A stretch of DNA of 63,460 nucleotides, filler included. It is 4 parts of 4 records of this genome, joined end to end, with 100 filler letters (N's around TTAATTAATTAA, not from the genome) between each part and the next. Parts side by side here need not be neighbours in the genome. Positions count along the whole stretch, not along the records: positions 1 to 22,640 come from SRR31156797_23087; 3 more parts are not named here. One strand, given 5' to 3'. Under the pieces are notes generated by a model. That model was not told the DNA's origin. It worked only from the letters and a program-made list of their open reading frames with translations, and did not search any database. Shown here piece by piece: positions 1 to 9,624 of this stretch. Positions within the stretch are counted from its first letter, which is position 1. Every line of letters starts with the position of its first letter. The translations under genes and the position numbers were made by a program.

Positions 1-558
1 GTTTTCCGCCATGGCGATATACATGGCCCAGATAACAGAAGCAGGAGGGTTGATGGTCATGGAAGTGGTGATTTTTTCGATGGGCAACCCCGCAAAAAGA
101 TCTTCCATATCCTTCAGAGTGTCGATGGCCACACCGCACTTGCCACATTCACCCCTGGCTTTGGGAGAGTCGCTGTCGTAGCCCATGAGAGTTGGCATGT
201 CAAAGGCCGTTGAAAGACCGGTCTGCCCTTCCCGGACCAGAAGATGAAACCGTCGGTTCGTATCTTCAGGGGCACCCAGACCTGCAAACATCCGCATGGT
301 CCAGAGACGACCGCGATACATGGAGGGCTGAACTCCCCTTGTGAATGGATAGTCTCCGGGAAAACCGATGTCGGTAGAAAAATCCTGCTCCCTTAGGTCC
401 GCATGCGTATAAATATCTTTAATTTCTTTGTCTGAAATCGTGGAAAACCGCTTCAACCGTTCGGGACTTTTAGAAAAAATCTTGCTGAGTTTTTTCTTCC
501 ATACCGTGTGTTTTTCATTGATGTCCTGGAAAATTTTAGGATTAAAGGTCAAAGCCAT
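1..558 (-). CDS. B12-dependent acyl-CoA mutase large (substrate-binding) subunit, isobutyryl-CoA-mutase-like; 3' end outside window
   Basis: Not in the ORF track. Manual translation from ATG 558 (GGAG RBS) gives MALTFNPK...GFPGDYPFTRGVQPSMYRGRLWTMRMFAG...GQTGLSTAFDMPTLMGYDSD...TSMTIN, which are the hallmark MCM/ICM motifs. The frame is open to position 1. Confidence 0.93.
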   Translation of the reverse strand, partial: MALTFNPKIFQDINEKHTVWKKKLSKIFSKSPERLKRFSTISDKEIKDIYTHADLREQDFSTDIGFPGDYPFTRGVQPSMYRGRLWTMRMFAGLGAPEDTNRRFHLLVREGQTGLSTAFDMPTLMGYDSDSPKARGECGKCGVAIDTLKDMEDLFAGLPIEKITTSMTINPPASVIWAMYIAMAEN

Positions 559-577
559 GTCAATCTCCTTTATACGC

Positions 578-1723
578 TCAACCTTTGATAAGGTTTCTTG
601 CCACCACCAAACGCATGATTTCGTTGGTTCCCTCATAGATCTGGCATATCTTGGCATCGCGCATGTGACGCTCCATGGGATACTCTTTGCTGTACCCGTA
701 ACCTCCCAGAACCTGCACCCCTTCAACAGCCGCCCGCATGGCCACGTCGGATGAGTACATCTTGGCCATGGCAGCCTCTTTTTCATAAGGCTTTTTATAG
801 TCCTCCAACCAAGCTGCTCGAAGGGTCAACAATTCAGCGGCGTCAAGTTCTGTTGCCATATCGGCCAGTTTCCACTGGATGGCTTGAAAGGATGAAATGG
901 GTTTACCGAACTGCTCACGGGTCTTCGCGTAAGCAACAGCGTCTTCCAGAACCGATCGGCCGATCCCGATGGCTTGGGACGCGATCCCGATTCGGCCTCC
1001 GTCCAAGGTGGTCAGCATTTGCTTGAAACCCTCCCCCTCTTTTCCAAGGAGGGCATCCGCCGGCAATCTTGCGTTTTCGAAAACCAGTTCCGCTGTCCCC
1101 GATGCCTGGATGCCCATTTTCTCTTCCACCCGCCCCACTTTGAAACCGGGAGTGTTTTCCAGATCCACTACAAAGGAACTGATGCCCTTGTGCCCTCTCT
1201 CTTTGTCAGTTACGGCAGCAATCACCGCATATCTGGCGACATTGCCGTTTGTGATGAACTTCTTCTCACCGTTGATGATCCATTCATCTCCATCTTTAAC
1301 GACAGTGGTCCGCATGCCCGCCGGATCGGAACCGGCGCTGGCCTCCGTTAATCCGTAACACCCCAGATATTCTCCGGAAGCGCAGGGCTCAAGATATTTC
1401 TTCTTCTGTTCCTCTGTTCCATAGGCATACACCGGAAAACAGTAGAGGGAATTGTTGACGCTCATGATCACTCCGGTGGAGGCGCATCCCCTAGACACCT
1501 CAATGAGGGCTAGCACGTAACTCACATAACCCATACCACCACCGCCATACTCCTCCGGTACGGCAATACCCAGCATCTTGAGTTCCCCCAGTTGATTCAC
1601 TATGTTGGTGGGATGGGCGTGGGTCTGGTCCAGTTCAGCCGCTTTCGGCCGTATCTCCGCTTCCGCAAAGCGGGCCGCCATTTCTCTCACCATCTGCTGT
1701 TCTTCGGTTAACGCAAAATCCAT
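578..1723 (-). CDS. acyl-CoA dehydrogenase (short/branched-chain-like)
   Basis: Motifs LTEASAGSD, GEKKFITNG, REQFGKPI, GGYGYSKEYPMERHMRDAKICQIYEGTNEI. Start moved to ATG 1723 (GGAGG upstream). Confidence 0.95.
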   Translation of the reverse strand: MDFALTEEQQMVREMAARFAEAEIRPKAAELDQTHAHPTNIVNQLGELKMLGIAVPEEYGGGGMGYVSYVLALIEVSRGCASTGVIMSVNNSLYCFPVYAYGTEEQKKKYLEPCASGEYLGCYGLTEASAGSDPAGMRTTVVKDGDEWIINGEKKFITNGNVARYAVIAAVTDKERGHKGISSFVVDLENTPGFKVGRVEEKMGIQASGTAELVFENARLPADALLGKEGEGFKQMLTTLDGGRIGIASQAIGIGRSVLEDAVAYAKTREQFGKPISSFQAIQWKLADMATELDAAELLTLRAAWLEDYKKPYEKEAAMAKMYSSDVAMRAAVEGVQVLGGYGYSKEYPMERHMRDAKICQIYEGTNEIMRLVVARNLIKG

Positions 1724-2023
1724 ATCTATGTGAGACCTCCTCAAAACTCAGGTTCTCGTTTCTCAAGGAACGCCGATATCTCTTTCCGAACCTCAAGGAT
1801 CAACAACCACGGCGTTAAATCATCAGTGCCGTTCATTAATACATCCGGATTCATGGCATTGATCGCCTTCTGCCGTCAGTGAGACAAAAAGATATTTGGA
1901 GGCCTGAAGGCATGGCTTGGAAATCGTTTGGAATGGGAAGAAGCCTGACCAAAAATTACCGGTTTATTCTCAATTCTTAAGCCCGGACCTCATCTTTTGT
2001 CTTCGACTTCTTGGGGCTTTCGC

Positions 2024-2422
2024 TCATTTTCCCGGCAATCCAAGACGTTCTGCAAACTCTCCAAAACCGACTTCAAGGAGCTTTTCAGGGGCCGTCAGAG
2101 AAATGAAAACGATATTCCTGTCCGCCAGCAAATCCTGCACTTTGTTAGCGAAATCTTCAAGATTCTCAGCATTTGCCAAAATCTCGAGAGAATCAGCGAA
2201 AAAAAACAGCCTCATGGGAGGAACCTCATCGGCTTTTCCTTCAGAGATCTCCCATCCGGCATCTGTTTTAACTGTATTTACAGCATAGATGTTTTCATAG
2301 TATTGTTCTAACAAAACACCGGTATGGAGATCCTGAGTGGCCTCCATACCAAGTAGCGTATTCCACACACGATCTATCACTTCCTTTAATTCACTGTTAT
2401 CAGTGACTTCAAAACCATCCAT
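2024..2422 (-). CDS. hypothetical acidic protein (~132 aa)
   Basis: Co-oriented ORF with AAAGGAG RBS before ATG 2422. No recognised family. Confidence 0.7.
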   Translation of the reverse strand: MDGFEVTDNSELKEVIDRVWNTLLGMEATQDLHTGVLLEQYYENIYAVNTVKTDAGWEISEGKADEVPPMRLFFFADSLEILANAENLEDFANKVQDLLADRNIVFISLTAPEKLLEVGFGEFAERLGLPGK

Positions 2423-2499
2423 TTTCAAACTCCTTTCTTTTTGGGTGTTCCATGGATCTTCACGACACCGGATCAGTTGGATTCAAAATCATAAGATCT

Positions 2500-3744
2500 T
2501 TATGATGAAAAATAGGTCCTGATGATGTTGTGAGCCCCGATCAGGCTTAAGACATCACTGGTTCCGTCTTCAATTAAGGACGCCCTTGAATCTCTGTAGA
2601 TTTTTTCTATGGGATACTCTCTACTCAAGCCGTACCCGCCATAAATCTGTAAAGCTTCGTCCGCATTCTTGTACGCCGCCTGGGTACAATAAACCTTCGC
2701 GGATACAGCGTATTCTATAGGCATGGGCATAGCTGTGAAAACATATTCAACGGCCGCTCGTGAGAAAGTTCTGGCAGTCTCCACTCTCACAAACATGTCA
2801 AAAAGTTTCTTTTGAATAAGTTGGTGTTGGCACAGCGGTTTGCCTCCTTGGATTCTTTCCTTTGCATATTCAAGTGCCAATTCAAAAGCCGCTCTGGCCA
2901 CTCCGGTGAACACCGAGGCCATGCCGGAATTGGCCACGCTGAGTACCTGCTGCACCCAGAATTCGTAACGTTCCGGTCCCACGAGCATGTATTCATCAGG
3001 AATTTCAACATCATCAAAGAAAAGCTCCCCCTGGGGCAGATCGATCTGACCTAACTTCTCGAGGATGGGTCCCTTGGACACTCCAGGCAAATCGAGAGGA
3101 ACAACTGCAATACCGCCCCCTTTCATGCCTTTTGATGGGTCAATCCCAAGAAAAAGCAGCGTATGGGTTGCAGTCGGCCCATTGGAAACCCATGCTGATT
3201 TCTGACCGGAGAGTATCCATTTGTTTCCATCTTTGCGCGCCTTAACATTGTGCTTTATTTTCGGATCCCTGAATGAAGGCAATCCGGCCACCAGAGAATC
3301 CGAACCGTGATTCGGGTCCGTCATCCCCCAGCAACCGACTATTTTCCCTTCAATATCTTCAACGTAAGGCTTCACCAGCTCTTCAATCAACCGTTTATTC
3401 TTGGGGGCAATGCGCAAACACCATGCCGCCGGATAGACGTCCACATCTTGAGCGAGAGCCAAACCTGCCGAACCCCACCCCATCTCTTCCCACACAATAT
3501 GGTGCTCTAACGGCCCCATTCCCAAACCGCCGAATTTCTCGGGAATGAAACTGGCGTGAAGGTCTATCTCTCTGAACTGTTTCTTGCACTCCCACCAAAG
3601 AGAATCCTTCTTGACAATGTCATGGGGGTTCATTTTGTCCAGCTTCTCACCTGCTGGCCGAAACACTTCTTTTGCAAATTTGTGAACACTGTTTTTTAAT
3701 GCCTCTTGTCGCTCCGTAAGCCTTAAATTCAGTTCCGTATACAT
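2500..3744 (-). CDS. acyl-CoA dehydrogenase family protein
   Basis: Motifs MTDPNHGSD, GQKSAWVSNG, RIQGGKPL, GGYGLSREYPIEKIYRD...IEDG. Start at ATG 3744 after AGGAGG. Confidence 0.93.
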   Translation of the reverse strand: MYTELNLRLTERQEALKNSVHKFAKEVFRPAGEKLDKMNPHDIVKKDSLWWECKKQFREIDLHASFIPEKFGGLGMGPLEHHIVWEEMGWGSAGLALAQDVDVYPAAWCLRIAPKNKRLIEELVKPYVEDIEGKIVGCWGMTDPNHGSDSLVAGLPSFRDPKIKHNVKARKDGNKWILSGQKSAWVSNGPTATHTLLFLGIDPSKGMKGGGIAVVPLDLPGVSKGPILEKLGQIDLPQGELFFDDVEIPDEYMLVGPERYEFWVQQVLSVANSGMASVFTGVARAAFELALEYAKERIQGGKPLCQHQLIQKKLFDMFVRVETARTFSRAAVEYVFTAMPMPIEYAVSAKVYCTQAAYKNADEALQIYGGYGLSREYPIEKIYRDSRASLIEDGTSDVLSLIGAHNIIRTYFSS

Positions 3745-3815
3745 AAGATCCCTCCTTTTAAACCCGCATAAAATATTGTTCGTGGTCCTTACAGATTGTT
3801 GGGGTGACCATTCAT

Positions 3816-5858
3816 TCAATCCGTGATAGATGCACTGATGATCTGGGCCACATCCAGAACCCTGATTTTGTCTTCCAGGCCTTTCTCCCTGATTTCATCG
3901 TCCAGCATTATCCTGCAATAGGGGCACACCGTCGCCAGCGTTTCAGCAGAGGTTGTCAAGAGTTGATCACAACGGATGGCGCTGATACGTTTGCCCGTTC
4001 TTTCCTCCATCCACATTCGCCCCCCGCCGGCACCACAGCAAAAACTCCTGTTCCTGTTTCTTTCGGCTTCAACGAGCGCAACCCCCCTTACAGACCGTGC
4101 AACCTGCCTCGGCGCATCGTACAGATCATTGTAACGCCCCAGGTAGCAGGAGTCGTGATAAACAACCGGCCCATTTCCATCGAACCCACGGTCAAACTTC
4201 AGGATATTTTCACGGATCGACTGCTCTATAATTTCCGTATGGTGAAACACTTTGTAATGGCCACCAAACTGTGGGTATTCATTCTTGATGGTATTGTAGC
4301 AATGGGGGCAGGCGGTGATGATCTTTTTCACGCCCAACTCATTCCAGTATGCCACATTGGTTTCCATCATCCTCTGGGCCAGGAATTCATTGCCAAGGCG
4401 GCGCGCCGTTTCACCACAGCATTTTTCTTCATTACCAAGACAGACAAATTTTATACCCGCCTTTTTCAACAAACGGACCAGGGCCAGGGACGTTTTTTTG
4501 CTCCTGTCATCGAATGAGCCGGCGCACCCCACATAGAATAGATATTCATAATTGCTTTCCTCATGGGGAATTTTCACGTCCAGCCTGTCGAACCAGTCTG
4601 CACGGCTGTTTGATGCCAAGCTCCAGGGATTGGACAGGTTTTCCATTCCCTTGTAGACCGAAGTCAACTCCTTCGGAAACCGGCTTTCTTCTTGAACCAG
4701 GTACCGGCGCATATCCACCACATGGTCTGCATGCTCAATCAATAAAGGGCAGATCTCCATACAATTGCCGCATGTTGTACAGGACCAGAGGACTTCATCC
4801 TCTATCACTTGGCCTGTCAGCATGGCGCCTTCCCAGAAATCGAGGGTTTCCCGAGCCTTGTCAGGCTTATGCTGAATCCGCTGCAGCCCCGCCCGCCACA
4901 TGAGAGGCGTCTTCGTTTTCAGATGGTCCCTGGAGTCCATGACAAGACGCTTGGGCGAAAGCGGTTTGCTGGAGATATGTGCAGGACAGTTGTCCTGGCA
5001 GCGGCCGCATTCGGTACAATTGTACATGTCGAGTGCACGCTTCCAAGATAACTCTTCAAGTCTGCCGACCCCCAGAATGAGTTTTTCCCTTTCAAAGTCC
5101 TGCTTTGCCAGGACCCCCTTTTTACTGAGTTTCCCTGCGAAAACTCCGGGGAATGAGGTAATTACGTGAAAATGCTTTCCATAGGGCAAATAGTTTAGGA
5201 AGATCAAAATCATTACCACATGCCCCCACAAACTGATCCCCTGTAGGGTAGAAGTGGATTTGGCGTCGATGGTAAATCCAAAACCCGTAAGGATACGCTG
5301 CCCGATGAGCCCCATAAAGCCACCCACTTTTTCAGGGCTTTCAGGATTGAGGATCAACAGAGTGCCGCTGTAAACAATTTCCAGCAACATCATGACAAGG
5401 ATCCACACTAAAATCAGATTCGCCTCCCAGGATAGGGTCATGCGTTCGGGTTTAACAAATACTCTTCGGCCGAGGGCCGTCAAAACACCGACAATAACCG
5501 CGAGAACAAAGAGATCTTTGAGTGGTGTAAAAATCAAACCGAGAAACGGATCATGATGGAACCCGGGCAGAGTCCAACCTTCAACAAAGCCACGACCTAC
5601 AAGCTGGATTGTGTTGATGCTTAAAACGATGAAACCCCAGAAGATCAGAATATGAGCGAGACCATGAGGAAGTTCATATCGTTTGAAAAGCCTTGTTTGG
5701 CCCAACGCGAATTTGAGCATCCGGGCCAAGCGCACACCGGGTTGATCCCATCGAACATCGTGCTGCATGGAAAAAAACGGCAGAACGCGACGAAACATGG
5801 ACAAGGCAAAACAGAACAATGCAACAAAAAGCAAGACACCCATCGCTAGAGGATTCAT
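3816..5858 (-). CDS. membrane FeS/CCG oxidoreductase (FadF/DUF224 type; likely ETF:(methyl)menaquinone oxidoreductase)
   Basis: N-terminal multi-TM domain with His residues, 2x[4Fe-4S] motifs (CTECGRCQDNCP, CTTCGNCMEICP) and two CCG domains. Directly downstream of etfBA. Confidence 0.88.
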   Translation of the reverse strand: MNPLAMGVLLFVALFCFALSMFRRVLPFFSMQHDVRWDQPGVRLARMLKFALGQTRLFKRYELPHGLAHILIFWGFIVLSINTIQLVGRGFVEGWTLPGFHHDPFLGLIFTPLKDLFVLAVIVGVLTALGRRVFVKPERMTLSWEANLILVWILVMMLLEIVYSGTLLILNPESPEKVGGFMGLIGQRILTGFGFTIDAKSTSTLQGISLWGHVVMILIFLNYLPYGKHFHVITSFPGVFAGKLSKKGVLAKQDFEREKLILGVGRLEELSWKRALDMYNCTECGRCQDNCPAHISSKPLSPKRLVMDSRDHLKTKTPLMWRAGLQRIQHKPDKARETLDFWEGAMLTGQVIEDEVLWSCTTCGNCMEICPLLIEHADHVVDMRRYLVQEESRFPKELTSVYKGMENLSNPWSLASNSRADWFDRLDVKIPHEESNYEYLFYVGCAGSFDDRSKKTSLALVRLLKKAGIKFVCLGNEEKCCGETARRLGNEFLAQRMMETNVAYWNELGVKKIITACPHCYNTIKNEYPQFGGHYKVFHHTEIIEQSIRENILKFDRGFDGNGPVVYHDSCYLGRYNDLYDAPRQVARSVRGVALVEAERNRNRSFCCGAGGGRMWMEERTGKRISAIRCDQLLTTSAETLATVCPYCRIMLDDEIREKGLEDKIRVLDVAQIISASITD

Positions 5859-5924
5859 CTTCCATCCCTCTTCCTAAAGATTCCAAAACCCCAAAATATC
5901 TTTTTCTCCTTCAAGCTCTTGAAA

Positions 5925-6884
5925 TCAGGCGAATTCCTTTTTTAATTTCTCGGTCAATTCAGGGACCGCCTTGAACAAATCCTCTACCAGACAAAAGTCT
6001 GCTGTGGTGTGTATGGGCGCTTCTTCATCTTTGTTGATGGCAACGATGATTTTGCTGTTTTTCATACCAGCCATATGTTGTATCGATCCGGACAGACCTA
6101 CGGCAACATAGAGTTCAGGCGCCACTTTCTTGCCTGTTTGCCCTACCTGGAGGTCGTTTGAAACCCACCCGGAATCAACCGCAGCCCGGGTGGCGCCCAC
6201 CGCACCGTCAAACAGATCCGCAAGTTCTTCCAAAATCTTGAAATTTTCCGCGCCTGCCATTCCACGCCCTCCAGAGATAACAACTCGGGCTTCGGTGGGA
6301 TCCGGACGTTCACTCTGGGTCTCCTGCATTTCTACGAACCGCGTCTTGCCATCCCCCAACGAAATGTCCAAGGCCTCTATGGGCGTTTCCCGTCCCACAG
6401 ACTCGGCCGGGGCAAAATGGGTTCCTTGAACAGTCACAACCTTAATTTCCGTTGTTATCTCCACGTTGGCAATTGCGCTTCCGGCCCACATTTCCCGTGT
6501 AAAATCCCGCCCATCAAAGGACAGAACACCCGTGGCCATGCCTGCCTCCAGTTTGGCGGCAACCCGCGGCATGAGGTCTCTTCCTGTGGTACCGGAACTC
6601 ATGCCAACGATCTTGGCATCGCAGAATCTTGCGGCATCAGCCACGGCATGTCCCCATGTTTCCGCGGTGTAATTTTCCAGCTGGGGATCATCGGCAGTAA
6701 ATATCTTGGAAGCACCGTAATCCTTTAGGGTCTCCGCGATGCCATCCACATGGCTTCCCACAACGAGCAGATACAACTCACCGCCCAGTTTCCCGGCAGC
6801 TTCCCTGCCAAAGGTTAGGGCGTTGAGCGTAGCCCGTTTCAACTCTCCCTTCCAATGCTCTGCAACCATTAAAATACCCGGCAT
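5925..6884 (-). CDS. etfA: electron transfer flavoprotein alpha subunit
   Basis: Motifs SGGRG, GATRAAVDSG, QVGQTGKKVAPELYVAVGLSGSIQHMAGM, AINKD. Confidence 0.97.
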   Translation of the reverse strand: MPGILMVAEHWKGELKRATLNALTFGREAAGKLGGELYLLVVGSHVDGIAETLKDYGASKIFTADDPQLENYTAETWGHAVADAARFCDAKIVGMSSGTTGRDLMPRVAAKLEAGMATGVLSFDGRDFTREMWAGSAIANVEITTEIKVVTVQGTHFAPAESVGRETPIEALDISLGDGKTRFVEMQETQSERPDPTEARVVISGGRGMAGAENFKILEELADLFDGAVGATRAAVDSGWVSNDLQVGQTGKKVAPELYVAVGLSGSIQHMAGMKNSKIIVAINKDEEAPIHTTADFCLVEDLFKAVPELTEKLKKEFA

Positions 6885-6950
6885 ATTTGATTCTCCTTAA
6901 GACACGGTCATTTTGCGCATCACTTTTAAAAGCGCGGCGCCGATAATTGT

Positions 6951-7697
6951 CTATAAGATCTTTGCTTCCTCTTTTAATCCTTTGACCAGCCCATCCACAT
7001 CCGGAACCACATGTCCCCCTTGACGCTGCGGGGGTGCAGTAAATCCTTTGATGAGCACTTTGGGCGAAACGTCTACACCCAGTTCGGCCAGTGGCATGAT
7101 TTTGACCTCTTTTCGGTCCGCCTTTAGCACGTCGGATACTTTGGGATAGCGGGGTTCATTCAGGCGAAGATCCGTACTAATAATTCCTGGCAGATCAATC
7201 TCCACCACTTCAATGCCTCCATCCACTTCCCGATGCACTGTTGCAGTGCTGCCATTCAATTCAACTTTTGAAGCAAAACATGCCTGGCCCCAGCCCATAT
7301 GCTCGGCCAGCATTTGAGCCACCTGGTTGTCATCCATGTCAACAGCCTGTTTCCCCAGCAACACCAGATCCGGCTGTTCCTGTTCGATAATTTTGGCAAG
7401 AATCAGAGCAATGGCATTGGAATCAAGTTGATCTTCGGTTTTCACCAGAATGCCCCGATCCGCACCCATGGCAAGCCCCGCTCTGATTTCGGTGATTGAA
7501 GCGTCATTACCTATACTGACAACGAACACTTCTCCTCCTCTGTCTTTTTTGATGCGCAATGCTTCTTCGATCGCGATTTCATCAAAAGGATTGATCTTAA
7601 AGTTCATGCTGGATAGCTCAATGCCCGACCCATCCGGCTTAAGTACAATTTTCATGTCAGGGTCTGTGACGCGTTTGGCCGTTACTAAGATCTTCAC
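6951..7697 (-). CDS. etfB: electron transfer flavoprotein beta subunit
   Basis: Motifs INPFDEIAIEEA, LAMGAD, GKQAVD, REVDGG, DLRLNEPRY. Confidence 0.97.
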   Translation of the reverse strand: MKILVTAKRVTDPDMKIVLKPDGSGIELSSMNFKINPFDEIAIEEALRIKKDRGGEVFVVSIGNDASITEIRAGLAMGADRGILVKTEDQLDSNAIALILAKIIEQEQPDLVLLGKQAVDMDDNQVAQMLAEHMGWGQACFASKVELNGSTATVHREVDGGIEVVEIDLPGIISTDLRLNEPRYPKVSDVLKADRKEVKIMPLAELGVDVSPKVLIKGFTAPPQRQGGHVVPDVDGLVKGLKEEAKIL

Positions 7698-7775
7698 ACA
7701 GCACCTCCCGATATCTCTGAAATGACCATCTTTCTTTACCCATGTCTCGCGGCAGGAACAGCTATTTGCTTTTTT

Positions 7776-9353
7776 CTACCGCACCCGTCTTGCCTCGTTT
7801 TTCCAGTATCGCGCTCTGAGTTCCCGTTTGAGAATTTTTCCATAGGGACTCTTGGGCAACTCATCGACAAAATCGACGGACTTTGGTCGCTTGTACCCAG
7901 CCATTTTACCCCTGCAAAATTCAAGGATCTCTTCTTCACTTGCCTGCTGATCCTTTTTCAGTACAGTGACAGCCTTGCCCGCCTCTCCCCATTTCTGATC
8001 CGGCACCCCTATCACGGAGACCTCGCTGACAAAGGGATGTTCAAGAATTATCTCTTCGATCTCCCTGGGATATACATTTGACCCGCCACTGATATACATA
8101 TCTTTGGTCCGGTCCATGACAAAAAGGTAGCCCTGTTCATCAAGGTAACCCACATCTCCTGTGTGAAGCCAACCACCTTTGAGGGTTTTCGCGGTTTCCT
8201 CAGGCCTCTCCCAATATCCCTGCATCACCGTTTCGCCCCGAATACAGATTTCTCCGGATTGGCCTACAGGGACCCTGTTTTCACTTTCATCCAGAATCGT
8301 TATTTCGATTCCCGTCCTCGGGCACCCTGCCGATCCCAGTCTTTTGATCTCATCATCTGTTCCCGAATAGACATGTTCTTCACGCGGGAGAAAAGTACCC
8401 GTCATGGGAGATTCACCTTGGCCGAAAATCTGAACGAAAATCTGGCCGCATTTCTTGAGTGTAAATTTGAGGTCTTCCACATACATGGCGGACCCGCCAT
8501 AGGCAATGTATTGCAAAGAACTGATATCGTATGCGTCGATATCAGGGGACTCAACGAACATCTTGATCATGGTTGGCACCATGAACATGTTGGTCACCTT
8601 CCACTTTTCGACGGTCTCGGCCACATGCTTTGGATCAAAACTCAAGGAATCGAAGATGACATTGGTGGCTCCTTTTGCAGCGATGGGAAGGGCGTGAAAA
8701 CCGGCGCCATGTGACAAAGCGCCTACATGTAGAGCAACGTCTTTGGCCGTTGTTGGAACCAGGTCCGCCAGATACATCAGGATTACCGCCATAAGATTCC
8801 CATGTGAAAGCATGGCGCCTTTGGGTCTTCCGGTGGTCCCTGAGGTATAGAACAGCCACGCCAGATCGTCTTTTTCCACATCAACGGTCTGGTCGTCGGT
8901 GGTCCGGTACTTCTCAATCAACGCCTCATAATCATGATCGCCTGGAGCCGGGTTTTTGAGGCAAATGAAATGCTTCACACCCGGGACTTGATCACGGATG
9001 GTTTTCACCATGTCTTTCATGTTTTCCGCAAATACAAAAGCAGCACATCGGGGGTCATTCAAGTGATAGACAACCTCTCCGGCAAAAAAACGGAAATTCA
9101 ACGGAACGATGACGGCCCCGATCTTGAAACAGGCGAACATGACCTCAATATACTCCGGGCAATTCCCGGACAGTATTCCGACCCGATCACCCTTTTGGAC
9201 TCCAAGGGCTTTTAAGGCACTGGCGAAGGAATCGGTGCGCACATTCGCTTCATTGTAGTTAACGGTTCTATTACCTTGAACAAGAGCAAGCTGATCCGGG
9301 TAATGCTTTGCCGACTGTCTAAGGAGAGAACCTATATTTATCCTCTTGGGCAT
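7776..9353 (-). CDS. AMP-forming acyl/aryl-CoA ligase
   Basis: Motifs YTSGTTGRPKG, FGQGE, GWLHTGD, DRTKDMYISGG, PKSPYGKILK. Start at ATG 9353 after GGAGG. Confidence 0.93.
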   Translation of the reverse strand: MPKRINIGSLLRQSAKHYPDQLALVQGNRTVNYNEANVRTDSFASALKALGVQKGDRVGILSGNCPEYIEVMFACFKIGAVIVPLNFRFFAGEVVYHLNDPRCAAFVFAENMKDMVKTIRDQVPGVKHFICLKNPAPGDHDYEALIEKYRTTDDQTVDVEKDDLAWLFYTSGTTGRPKGAMLSHGNLMAVILMYLADLVPTTAKDVALHVGALSHGAGFHALPIAAKGATNVIFDSLSFDPKHVAETVEKWKVTNMFMVPTMIKMFVESPDIDAYDISSLQYIAYGGSAMYVEDLKFTLKKCGQIFVQIFGQGESPMTGTFLPREEHVYSGTDDEIKRLGSAGCPRTGIEITILDESENRVPVGQSGEICIRGETVMQGYWERPEETAKTLKGGWLHTGDVGYLDEQGYLFVMDRTKDMYISGGSNVYPREIEEIILEHPFVSEVSVIGVPDQKWGEAGKAVTVLKKDQQASEEEILEFCRGKMAGYKRPKSVDFVDELPKSPYGKILKRELRARYWKNEARRVR

Positions 9354-9578
9354 GCCCAAAACCTCCATGAATATTTCCCAAACGAAAGGGCAAGAATCTC
9401 TCTACTCCAAAGATTTTTCATTCCTTTCAGGTATTCTTAAAATGTGTCACAAAAATCCAAGTGTTCCGTATATCCGGCATCCCAAGCCCAAATGGAGAGA
9501 CAGGCGGCGCTTTGCTCAAAGGAGCTTTCCAAATGCTTCCAACTGACCTGAGATACGATAGTGTCCGGATTTGGAACA

Positions 9579-9612
9579 AAGGCTAAAAGAGATATGGATC
9601 CCTTTTAGCCTT
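9579..9612 (-). terminator. hairpin / probable intrinsic terminator after the 457-aa gene
   Basis: 11-bp inverted repeat AAGGCTAAAAG...CTTTTAGCCTT, 12 nt after the stop codon, with a short T-rich tail on the minus strand. Confidence 0.6.
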
Positions 9613-9624
9613 ACTGATTGAATC

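Noticed and set aside
9462-9578. Imperfect inverted repeat TGTTCCGTATATCCGGCA / TGTCCGGATTTGGAACA ~100 bp apart
   Set aside because: Too degenerate, with no target-site duplication or second copy, so it cannot be supported as a MITE or operator.
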